Assembly (NCBI GenBank): GCA_038227875.1
Contig: JBBRPR010000009.1
Span: 32,001 to 96,000, forward strand
Length of the DNA: 64,000 nt
Direction: 5' to 3'
Origin: Planctomycetota bacterium
GTDB taxonomy: Bacteria; Planctomycetota; SZUA-567; H5-PLA8
Both the position numbers and the translations under genes were made by a program. The notes beneath the pieces are model-generated. The model searched no databases. It was not told the origin of the DNA and worked only from the letters and a program-made list of their open reading frames with translations. Numbering within the stretch: position 1 is the first letter of the stretch; the number at the start of each line of letters is the position of its first letter. Shown here piece by piece: positions 6,346 to 15,366 of the stretch.

Positions 6346-9300
6346 CTACTTGCCCTTGAATGGAATCGGTGCGATTCCGGCCTTGCGCGCTTCGTCAATT
6401 TCGATTCGAACGAACATTGGATTGTTAGTGTTCTCTTCCATGCGTTGAGTCGCCGAATTAATGGCGTACATCAAGACTTGCGAGGACATCTCGGTCCGTA
6501 GTTGTTCCGCGCGTTCTGAATCCAATTTGGCGTAGTTCTTGTTCTTCAGATCTGTTTCACCGAGCACGGTGGTCTCGATGCAATAGCTGCGTGTTTTTGC
6601 TGCGTCCAAGTAGAAGCCAACGAAGCAATGATTTGGCGTCAGAACGAGGTAAACGTCGATTCCCATTTTCTTGAGAATCGACGCGAAGAGCACACTGCCG
6701 TCGACGCAGTTTGCCTGTTCCGACGAGAGCGAGTCTTCGAGCAGGCGCACGTGTTGACTGATGATTTTGTCGGAGCGGCCCGCGGTGCTGGTGATGCTGC
6801 TGTATTTGATTCCCCGATTTGCCAGCGCGTGCCAGACAGCTTCCACCTGCTCAAACACCTGACCATTTTGATAACCGGTGATGGACTGGATGTGATTGGT
6901 CTTCATCGCTTCGACCAGAATTTTCTGAACCTCAGGATGATCTTCGTTGACATACGCCGCGACCATCCAGCCCATATTGATGACCGGCACACGAACGTCG
7001 GTGCCGCGCATGCGAATGGGGCAATCGTTAATCGGCCTGAGCGACAGCGTCTCGTTCCGCTCTCCAATTTGGACCCCGTTTTCAAACACGGTGATCGTGA
7101 GCGTTATTGGCGTCAATTGCTTGCACTGTTGAAGCTTGTCGAATTTGTACGTAATCTTTGGCTTGATCAGATACGCTTCGCCGGCCTTGGGTAGAACTTC
7201 CTCGCACGTGCTGGGTTCGATAATTCCATCCGCTTTGAATTGAACTTTTATTTTAGCTCCGGCGGCCTGTCCTCTGACTCGTATGCCGAACATTCCTTCC
7301 ATTTCGCCCAGCTCGTGAGGATCTCCGGCCATCCGGGTTTTCTTTTTGTTGGCGGTGGCAATGATGTAGGACGGGAAAATGTTTCGATCCATTTCCAATA
7401 TGGGTTGCCATTCCAACCCGGCCGGCGTTTTTGATGTGACAGATGGATTTTCCACCCAGGCATGCTCAGCGACGGGAGGCATCTGAAGTTCGCCCTGTTT
7501 CACATTATGAGCAAATTCAAGCGGCGAGGGCTTCGCCATATGCTGCAAGTGCGCCCGAGCCCGGGCTTCTCCAATCATATCCGCCAGGAACAACGGAGCC
7601 ATCCAGGCCATGTGGCCCATGTCATTGCCTTCCACCTGTGTGGATACGATCAGTCCGGAGCCGCCATTCTTCATGGTTAACGAGACACGCGCGTCGCCTT
7701 CGGAGAGTTCGTCCATGCGACGCAGAATGAGTTCGGATCCGTCGCTGCCTTTCATGTGTTCGATGAAATCGGGATAGGATCGCAGCACGCGCAGGCATTG
7801 CTGCATCGAGCATTCAATCGCGAAGATCTGGGCTCCGCCGCATTGCGGCGTCCACGTGGATTCCGTAGTGGACGCGACCCGGCGGATGATTTCGACGTCG
7901 TTGCTGACCAGCAGAAAGTCATCGACGATGCCAAAGGACATGAAATCGGCAGCGCTCGAACTCAGCACGACGTTCTTGCCGCTATCCGTCTTTGGATTTC
8001 TGCCGTAATCGTTCCGTTGCACGGCGCCGAATTTCTCCATGGACTGTTTGGCCAGCGCCAAGGCCGCGTTGGAATCCGTGTATCGAATAAAGAATACGCT
8101 GCGTGGCTCCTTGACCGATCCCGTCGGGCTATACAAAGCCAATCCAAATGTTCCGTCCGTCAGTATTGTGTTCAAATTTGACGGCGGGATGCCATAGCCT
8201 TCGCAGAATCCACGCTTTACGGCGTCCCAGTCCTGACCCATCGTGCGACGCCCGAAATCATCAAGATTTTTCAGGCTGAACGTCATTGCCAGCATGGGTT
8301 TTCCCATGCGACCCAGCAACCCGGCGCTCGACTGTCGTCCGTCGATTTCGCTTAGGAGGTGGGACGTCTTTGCGAAGAGAACGTGCGCGGCGCTGGTGAG
8401 CTTTTCATTTGAAAAGGCAATGCCCCGGACCTCATCAATCACTTTTGGTGGTTTGATCCATGACGGCAGCATTTCAAAGGTTCGGGCCAGGCTGAAGTAC
8501 CCTGAAAACTCGCCGTTCTTCTGAAGCGGCGCAACGGCAGACTTGAAATCATCCATGTCCGACAACGGCGGGTTATCGCGCTCTTGGAGAAAGGGCTTGA
8601 TCACGCCATCGACGGCAAATCGGCTCAGAGGCAACCCGATCAGAATCCGTCCTTTGACGACAGTCATTTCGATCACATCGGGCACGCGGTATACGATCTG
8701 GCTGGTGCCGGTTTCGGTAATTTTCGCGCCCTGGGCTTCGCAAATTTTGCGAAATGTCGTCAGCGGCGTGGCTTCGTCCAACGCCCAGGCACTGATCACG
8801 ATGCCCTGAACTTCACGCTGGACCACAATTGAAATTGGATGGGATAAATCAATTCCGGCCTTGGTGTAGTCCTTGGGATTGAAAATGTCGAAACTGGTCG
8901 ATTCTTTCACCTGCGCCGCCGCTGCTTTTATTTCTTTCGCGCCTGGGCTGGAGGAGTTTTTCGCAACCTGCTCCACGAAGGAAGTCAGACTTTTGTCCGG
9001 ATGCGAAATGGAAAAGACGGCCAAGCTGTCAGACGGTGCATGAGCCGCTTCGGTCAAGGCGTCGGGTTCCGCAGCGACAACCACCGGAGGCGGCGGAGTC
9101 AGGATGCTCATGCCCACAAAGAGGGCCACCGCCAGGATGGCTACGATTCCGCCCGCAATTAGATATATTTTCAAACCGCGGCCTTCAGGCGCCGGCGATT
9201 CTGGCTCTGTGTAGACGTGCGAGGAAGGGGCAACAATGGCAGGCGCCATGGGTTCCGGCACCGCCGGTGAAGCGACGGTTCCCTGCGGAACTTCGACTGG

Positions 9301-9495
9301 AGCGGCCGCGGGTGCGGGAGCGGCGGATCGGTTCAGCGCCGCCATTTCTCCGGCCGGCGTCCACACCGCCTGGTCCGATGAGACCGAGTGAAATTTGGTG
9401 ACTTGCCCCATTTGGTAGAGGCGTCCCAATTCGTCCAGCGAGTAAGGCCCTATGATTTTTCCACGCCAGCGGACAAAGTACGGACCATTACTCAT
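6346..9495 (-). CDS. GYF_2(DUF4339)-like domain, TM, DUF3352-like region and C-terminal transglutaminase-like domain
   Basis: N-terminal 'YFVRWRGKIIGPYSLDELGRL...W'; Pro/Ala linker; TM IYLIAGGIVAILAVALFVGM; C-terminal 'ANCVDGSVLFASIL...PNHCFVG...IETT'. Confidence 0.75.
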   Translation of the reverse strand: MSNGPYFVRWRGKIIGPYSLDELGRLYQMGQVTKFHSVSSDQAVWTPAGEMAALNRSAAPAPAAAPVEVPQGTVASPAVPEPMAPAIVAPSSHVYTEPESPAPEGRGLKIYLIAGGIVAILAVALFVGMSILTPPPPVVVAAEPDALTEAAHAPSDSLAVFSISHPDKSLTSFVEQVAKNSSSPGAKEIKAAAAQVKESTSFDIFNPKDYTKAGIDLSHPISIVVQREVQGIVISAWALDEATPLTTFRKICEAQGAKITETGTSQIVYRVPDVIEMTVVKGRILIGLPLSRFAVDGVIKPFLQERDNPPLSDMDDFKSAVAPLQKNGEFSGYFSLARTFEMLPSWIKPPKVIDEVRGIAFSNEKLTSAAHVLFAKTSHLLSEIDGRQSSAGLLGRMGKPMLAMTFSLKNLDDFGRRTMGQDWDAVKRGFCEGYGIPPSNLNTILTDGTFGLALYSPTGSVKEPRSVFFIRYTDSNAALALAKQSMEKFGAVQRNDYGRNPKTDSGKNVVLSSSAADFMSFGIVDDFLLVSNDVEIIRRVASTTESTWTPQCGGAQIFAIECSMQQCLRVLRSYPDFIEHMKGSDGSELILRRMDELSEGDARVSLTMKNGGSGLIVSTQVEGNDMGHMAWMAPLFLADMIGEARARAHLQHMAKPSPLEFAHNVKQGELQMPPVAEHAWVENPSVTSKTPAGLEWQPILEMDRNIFPSYIIATANKKKTRMAGDPHELGEMEGMFGIRVRGQAAGAKIKVQFKADGIIEPSTCEEVLPKAGEAYLIKPKITYKFDKLQQCKQLTPITLTITVFENGVQIGERNETLSLRPINDCPIRMRGTDVRVPVINMGWMVAAYVNEDHPEVQKILVEAMKTNHIQSITGYQNGQVFEQVEAVWHALANRGIKYSSITSTAGRSDKIISQHVRLLEDSLSSEQANCVDGSVLFASILKKMGIDVYLVLTPNHCFVGFYLDAAKTRSYCIETTVLGETDLKNKNYAKLDSERAEQLRTEMSSQVLMYAINSATQRMEENTNNPMFVRIEIDEARKAGIAPIPFKGK

Positions 9496-9498
9496 CAG

Positions 9499-12495
9499 CT
9501 ACAATCCTTTCTCACTCTTCTTGATGTCGCCGATGTTCGTGGGCCACAGCGCTGGCACAACGGGGGAATTCTTGAGGTAGCGGTCATACAATTCCTCCGT
9601 GCCCATCTTTGCATCGACAGGCGAGAGGAGCGGCTGGCCCAGGGTAAGTAGTTCTGGATGGTACCAGACCAGAGAGCCATCACTGCCCACGGCGGCTGCA
9701 ATGCGAAAATAGGGAATCTTGTCCTGCATGACGAGAGTCCAATATTCCCGATAGCTCTGCCCGCCAATGTCGTGCGCCACGCGATTACCCTTCTGGTCGC
9801 GCATGAATACTGCACTGAGGCACAGGGGCCGCGTCAGCGCGATGCTCTCCGCTTTGACACGCGCGGGCTGTCCGGCAATGACGCTTTCGAGATGCTTTTT
9901 CAGCTTGGGCGTCAACTCGGCAAGGCGCTCTGAAATCTTTCTCAGCTCCGTCTGAATCGAGGGGTCATCGGTCATCCAGAAATTGAGCTTATCTGCGGAT
10001 AGTGCATCAATTTCCGTTTGCAGTGCGGCGGGAATGGCAAGACAACAGAATTTATCCTTATCCAGGACGGTCAGCTTCTGCAGCAACAAAACATGGACCC
10101 ATGGATTTACATCTTTATATTCCAATACGTCGCGAACGAGGGTGGGGAAGTCCTGCTCCCACTCCATTTTTTCAGCCGAGGCCTTCAACTTTTTTGCTAC
10201 TTCGCTTGCGAGTTCGCAATGCCGCGCAGGCACGATGTCGGAAACGTCACCAGGCTCCTGCGGCATAAGTGATTTGGGTTTCATGGTGTCGTCAAGGAAA
10301 GCTTTGATCTGGATTTTTCCATCACCCACATTGAGCTTGGATTCTCCATTGGCGGTGTAATAAATTTTTCCACCCATTTGAAATTGATTCATTTTTGTCA
10401 AAAGGTCGTGATTTAAAACTTTAAATAGATCCGCGAGTTCATTCTTGTAGTCCGCATGAAAAGCCGCGCGAAACCGGTGTAATTTCAATTGATCGCTGTA
10501 AGGAGAAATGGGAATTTCCGGGCGAACTCTGGCCACAGCGGCGGCATATTTTACGTACGAGGGCGATTCCTGACCGGCAACCGACTTGATCGCATCCCCG
10601 TATTCCGCGACAGCCTTGTACGAAGGGGCCATGATTTTCCACTGCTGAAGCCCCTGTGTCTCGGGGATTTCGCCGTACGATTCGGCGAGCTTGGCGATCT
10701 CTTCAGCGTAGGCATTCAAGTCGGGCATTTTCTGGCAGGCTTTGAATAGATCCTTCTGCACCTTCTCAAGAGTTGCGCGCTCCTTGTCCTCCTTGGAGAT
10801 TACTTTTTCCAAGCGATTCTTTTCGTCTACGTAGCGCTTGCGAAAGTCCTGAACTGTACGCACGAGCTCGGTTTCTTCCTTCAATCCTTTGTACGCTTCC
10901 AGGCGCAGTAGCAGATCGTCCATCTTGACAAGCCGTTCCCGTAAACTATCGGAGGTCACGGTGCTTTGAACGGCCTTGTAAGCTTCGGTCACTTCGCTCA
11001 TCAGTCCCCGGGCCGCTTTAACGTTTTCATCTTTGCGCTTAAAGCGCACGGCCTCCACGTTTGCTCTGCACTCCGCCAGGCGTGCCTTCTCTTCATCCGA
11101 GCGTACGAGTGTATTGGCGTCGGAAATCGCGGTGTCGAGCGTCGGCGAAAATGGCTCTTCCAACTTTCCCGCGAGTTCCAAATCCGTTTCGAGACGCTTC
11201 TGGCGCACCCCTTCGTCAGATTTCGCCTGGTTGAATGCCAGTACCTCGCGATGAATTCCCCCGTCGTCGAGCAGGTCCGGCGCGTCGCGTCCAATCGAGC
11301 TGATGAAGGTCTGCCCGCCTTTAAAGTCAGCGGTATCGGTATAGCGATGAATTTGCGCGGCGATTGCGCTGCGTTTCTGGCCGGCGGAAATCGCGACCAC
11401 GATCCACAGTACCAGAAGTATTCCGGCCAGTACTCCGCCACCGATGGCCGCCAGGCGCAGGTTCTTCTTCAGCGACACCGCGTTGTCGCGCGCTTTGACG
11501 TAAGACTCTGCCTTCTTTCGCAAATCGTCTGGCAACTCGCGCTTACCCAGCTTATTGAGCAGTTGCCGAACTTGCGCCGGATCTCCCGCGCTCTGAATCA
11601 GTGTGCGCAGTTCCTGGCAGTCCGCGGCGAAGGTGACCTCCTGTTCGCGCTGCGTTTTCTGCTCGGTGTGCCAGTACCGCGCATCTTCGACGACGGCGGT
11701 CTTGTCGGGCGCAATCGATACGCCCTCGTTTTTGGAAAGCTCATCCAATTCTTTAAGCGCGGAGCCGACCTGATCGTAGTCGTTGGCGGCAGTGCCGATG
11801 TTCAAGCGATTGATCAAGTTCTCCATCGCCTGATGCACGCGCGCGGATTTCAGCCTTTGGTGAATTTCTTTTGCAAACGTAATCAATTGATCGCCGGGAA
11901 TGACGAGCAGCTGTTTGTCGGTCAGTTCCTTTACGTACTCCGCCGCAATATCCTCGGTCATGCCTTCCGGCTTGCGCAGCAACTCCCCGATCTCCTTGCA
12001 GCGGGCGACTTCGAGTGCTTTCAGGTCGTCGGGCCAGTTGGGATTGGCCGGATCCAAGGCACGAATTCGGCGTACGATGGAGATTTTCTCAGCGGTGCTG
12101 CCGCCTTTGACGCTGAGGCGCCGGTAGACCTTTTGCATCGGCTCGAGTGCTTCGTGTTTTCCGTAGGCTTCCTGCAGCGTCTGGATCCGGCCGGAGTTGA
12201 TGGACGGCGGCACCGGCAAGTTGTTGGAAACGGTGTAGCTCGTCCAGACATCGAGACCTTCGAAATCGAGCGCTGCGAGAACGTCCAGCAGGGGCGGGGG
12301 CGTTTCGGCGAGATGGATGGCTTCCGAACGCAGACCGCGGTTGATGTGCTCGTAGATTTCATCGAGCCGGCGCACGGCTTCGTTGGCGATGACGGCATAA
12401 TCTGTGGCCAGAGACGAAGCCTCCGCCGGATCGACGGGGATCTTGCGGACGACGATGTCTTTGATGCGGTTAACGGTGGTTTGGTAATTGGGCAC
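9499..12495 (-). CDS. large all-helical membrane-anchored protein of the GTPase-associated operon
   Basis: 998 aa, GTG start after SD GAGGAG; helical/coiled-coil composition; central TM LAAIGGGVLAGILLVLWIVVAI. Confidence 0.8.
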   Translation of the reverse strand: MPNYQTTVNRIKDIVVRKIPVDPAEASSLATDYAVIANEAVRRLDEIYEHINRGLRSEAIHLAETPPPLLDVLAALDFEGLDVWTSYTVSNNLPVPPSINSGRIQTLQEAYGKHEALEPMQKVYRRLSVKGGSTAEKISIVRRIRALDPANPNWPDDLKALEVARCKEIGELLRKPEGMTEDIAAEYVKELTDKQLLVIPGDQLITFAKEIHQRLKSARVHQAMENLINRLNIGTAANDYDQVGSALKELDELSKNEGVSIAPDKTAVVEDARYWHTEQKTQREQEVTFAADCQELRTLIQSAGDPAQVRQLLNKLGKRELPDDLRKKAESYVKARDNAVSLKKNLRLAAIGGGVLAGILLVLWIVVAISAGQKRSAIAAQIHRYTDTADFKGGQTFISSIGRDAPDLLDDGGIHREVLAFNQAKSDEGVRQKRLETDLELAGKLEEPFSPTLDTAISDANTLVRSDEEKARLAECRANVEAVRFKRKDENVKAARGLMSEVTEAYKAVQSTVTSDSLRERLVKMDDLLLRLEAYKGLKEETELVRTVQDFRKRYVDEKNRLEKVISKEDKERATLEKVQKDLFKACQKMPDLNAYAEEIAKLAESYGEIPETQGLQQWKIMAPSYKAVAEYGDAIKSVAGQESPSYVKYAAAVARVRPEIPISPYSDQLKLHRFRAAFHADYKNELADLFKVLNHDLLTKMNQFQMGGKIYYTANGESKLNVGDGKIQIKAFLDDTMKPKSLMPQEPGDVSDIVPARHCELASEVAKKLKASAEKMEWEQDFPTLVRDVLEYKDVNPWVHVLLLQKLTVLDKDKFCCLAIPAALQTEIDALSADKLNFWMTDDPSIQTELRKISERLAELTPKLKKHLESVIAGQPARVKAESIALTRPLCLSAVFMRDQKGNRVAHDIGGQSYREYWTLVMQDKIPYFRIAAAVGSDGSLVWYHPELLTLGQPLLSPVDAKMGTEELYDRYLKNSPVVPALWPTNIGDIKKSEKGL

Positions 12496-12511
12496 GGAAA
12501 ATTAGCTCCTC

Positions 12512-15316
12512 TTATTTACCATTGAATTCAAACTGAGCGGCGTCGGAGTTAAAACTTACCATCGGAGCCATTAATTTGACTCTTTCTACGATCAACTCCT
12601 TTTCAAGTTTGTTTGTATTAATAAAACTATTTAAAGCATTTATTAACGCGACCTTCGCACATTTAAGACTATTTGTTTCATCGTTCACAAATGCGTCAAA
12701 TTTCGCTTTTTCAGCCGGGACTACATCATAGTTTTGAAATTTTAAACTGGCTTCCGCCAATTTTCTTCGATAGGATTCAAATTTGGTATTAATGTCTTTG
12801 ACTAATAAGGGCACTGAAATCTTAACTAGCTGATCATCAATTTCTTGCCGGCGCAGGTCTTTTTCTGCGACCTTTGATTTGATCTTTTCGACTTCGATAT
12901 CGATTGAATCTACAAAAACAACTTTTGCCACTAGGGACCCGTTAGCATTTATTACTCCAATCTCTATACTTGCGATATTGTCTGTTGAGTTCTTTTCGAC
13001 TACCGATGACGTTAGCGTGCCTTCGGAAATAGATAAAGACAAAACTGGCTCCGATTTTATTTCCATATCTAATCCTAAATGTTTAGATATATTTCGATTT
13101 AATGTCCAGCCGCTTTTCTTGCTAATATTTAAAGTATATCGTTTGCTGGCTCCGACTGGACTATACACTAACTCACTAGAATCCTTTGGAATTTGACATT
13201 TTCCTATTGGGCTAATCTTGCATTTTTGATACAGGCTCCATACGTTGTCTCTATATTGCAAGCCCAGTTCAAGGATGGGTCTATCAGAACCCCTTGGGGG
13301 GGATATTTTTAGAAGAAAATCGGACTTTAGAATAGACGCTACATCATTGTCGATTGAATTTTGTTTGCTTATTCGAATTCGTTCTTGGTCAAGTGAAATT
13401 GTAAGCAAGTTATTTTCGCGCTCAAGAAGCTCGTAATCTTCGGTCCCTTTTACATTTCGAAGCGTCAGTTTGTGGCCAGCCATGCCATCGCCACTTGAGA
13501 CTATTTCAGGATTTTTAAGTGGCATGTCTAAATTTAACCACTCATCGATCTTCTTGGTTTCTGTCTTTGCTTCTACTACTAACTGCGGAGTGATCTCGAC
13601 TTGCGGGAGACGGGAATTGTCGATTTTTGGAGGATTTACATTTATTGAAATGACTCCTTGTGCTGCCTCGCCATCCTCATTCTTAATGCTGTAATTAAGA
13701 ACCGTTTTTCCAACGTTAGACAAGGTGCCTTTTAGCACACCGGATTTCTCCAAGGTCAATGTGTCGGGCATCGATCCAGCGGGTTCATACGTCTGATTTG
13801 CTTCTGCGAGTGCCAAAGAATGCTTGAATGGCGTTCCGGCAATTTCTTCAAAGGCAGGGTCTGCTATTGCAATGGGCAATTTCGCGCGAATTCGAAGTTT
13901 CAACACGCGTGACGATTCTAGATTTTCTCGCGTTGCGCGGAATCTAACCTGACCATCGAAGTGCTCTAAAGGCGTACCTCTTAAGACGGCACCCTCAAGG
14001 GTTAGGCCCTTTGGGAGCTCGGATTCAACGGATATTTTTGCGAATTGGTGGTCTCCTAGTTCGATTGAACACTTATAAAACTCGCCGATTCGTCCCGCTG
14101 GAAGCATCGTTGTCGCAATTTCGGGAGAATCGACTATGCCTTTTGATATGGTTTCGCCGGGTACATCAATCTGCGGAATCGCTTTTGCTTGATTGATCAG
14201 GCAATAGATGCCCACACCCGCGCAGAGAAAGGCCGCCCCCATAATCACGAGCGGAACCCACGGTACGCCTTTACTTTTTTCAGCCACCAGAGGCGTAGCC
14301 TGAGCCTTGGACGGGCCGTGGATCGCATGTGGTACCATCGCGGGATCGATGCTCGGGGCCGCAACGGCGGCGGCTTGCACCACCACTTTTGCGGGCGTCG
14401 CCGCACTAATCACGACTTTCTTTGCAGCCGCGCCAGACTTTGCGGCCTCGGCGGGGCGGGCTGCAGCTGCGGCGGTTAAACTCGCCGGCGCGCCAGCGCG
14501 TGCCCAGCCAATCCGTGCCTCGGCGTGCGCATCGGTCAGGCTTGCTTCGCCCTTGATCACTTTCACGCCGCTTCCGGAGACATCCAGGATCCACGCCTGC
14601 GGATTGCGACGAAGATCCGTGAGCAGCGTCGAATCCGGCAGGATGCATTGAATGTTGCAAAGAGCTGTCGGCCGGTCGGTCAAGTAGGTGCTGAACGTTG
14701 TGGTCCAGCGTTTTTCGGACGGGAGCAGCGCCAGGACATCGTCGACCAGATTCAGAGTCGGCTGGCCAGCGTTGAAGATGAGTCCGATCTGGGTCGCGGG
14801 TTGATCGAAGAGACGCTGGGCGATGACGCCAGCCCAGCCCGCATCGCCTCCGGGCAACTCCTGCCACGCGGTGGCGGGTTTACTGGGACGCACCGCCGCC
14901 CGAAATTGCTTTCGGTTGGGCGGGAATTCAACGGGCTCGCCCTGCCATTGCGTTTCGAATAGACCGGGCTCCAAGGCGGCCCACGCCGGTCCGCCGGGCG
15001 GCAGATCTCCACCGTCGGCCATCGCGAAATGATGCGCGCACTTATTCGTGCGTCCGGAATAATCCGCGCCGGCGTCACCAATGCGTGAGAGCACGCGGTA
15101 GGTTCGGCCACCGGCCTGAACCTGGCTGCAGAGAATGTTTACGGGTTGCACCAGCGGCTGCTGGGCTCGCGCTTCCAGCCACCGATAGCCGCTCATACTT
15201 TCGAGCGCCTGATCCAGACTCGCGGGAAAACCCGCGGTCCGGGCAACCGTGCAGAAACCACGACTACCCGGTTTCAGCCCCTTGGGTGCAGAAGTATAGA
15301 TGAGTTCATAAATCAT
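12512..15316 (-). CDS. GTPase-associated protein 1 (GAP1-N2/GAP1-M-like), TM, putative Ig repeats and coiled coil
   Basis: 'ELIYTSAPKGLKPGSRGFCTVART', 'DYSGRTNKCAHH', 'WAGVIA', 'LLPSEKRWTTTFSTY' match recalled GAP1-N2/M motifs; He_PIG-like 'LPKGLTLEGAVLRGTP'. Confidence 0.75.
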   Translation of the reverse strand: MIYELIYTSAPKGLKPGSRGFCTVARTAGFPASLDQALESMSGYRWLEARAQQPLVQPVNILCSQVQAGGRTYRVLSRIGDAGADYSGRTNKCAHHFAMADGGDLPPGGPAWAALEPGLFETQWQGEPVEFPPNRKQFRAAVRPSKPATAWQELPGGDAGWAGVIAQRLFDQPATQIGLIFNAGQPTLNLVDDVLALLPSEKRWTTTFSTYLTDRPTALCNIQCILPDSTLLTDLRRNPQAWILDVSGSGVKVIKGEASLTDAHAEARIGWARAGAPASLTAAAAARPAEAAKSGAAAKKVVISAATPAKVVVQAAAVAAPSIDPAMVPHAIHGPSKAQATPLVAEKSKGVPWVPLVIMGAAFLCAGVGIYCLINQAKAIPQIDVPGETISKGIVDSPEIATTMLPAGRIGEFYKCSIELGDHQFAKISVESELPKGLTLEGAVLRGTPLEHFDGQVRFRATRENLESSRVLKLRIRAKLPIAIADPAFEEIAGTPFKHSLALAEANQTYEPAGSMPDTLTLEKSGVLKGTLSNVGKTVLNYSIKNEDGEAAQGVISINVNPPKIDNSRLPQVEITPQLVVEAKTETKKIDEWLNLDMPLKNPEIVSSGDGMAGHKLTLRNVKGTEDYELLERENNLLTISLDQERIRISKQNSIDNDVASILKSDFLLKISPPRGSDRPILELGLQYRDNVWSLYQKCKISPIGKCQIPKDSSELVYSPVGASKRYTLNISKKSGWTLNRNISKHLGLDMEIKSEPVLSLSISEGTLTSSVVEKNSTDNIASIEIGVINANGSLVAKVVFVDSIDIEVEKIKSKVAEKDLRRQEIDDQLVKISVPLLVKDINTKFESYRRKLAEASLKFQNYDVVPAEKAKFDAFVNDETNSLKCAKVALINALNSFINTNKLEKELIVERVKLMAPMVSFNSDAAQFEFNGK

Positions 15317-15366
15317 AATTTTTTCGTTCTAGTCTCTAAAGAACATCACGAAGGGCGCCTTAACTT

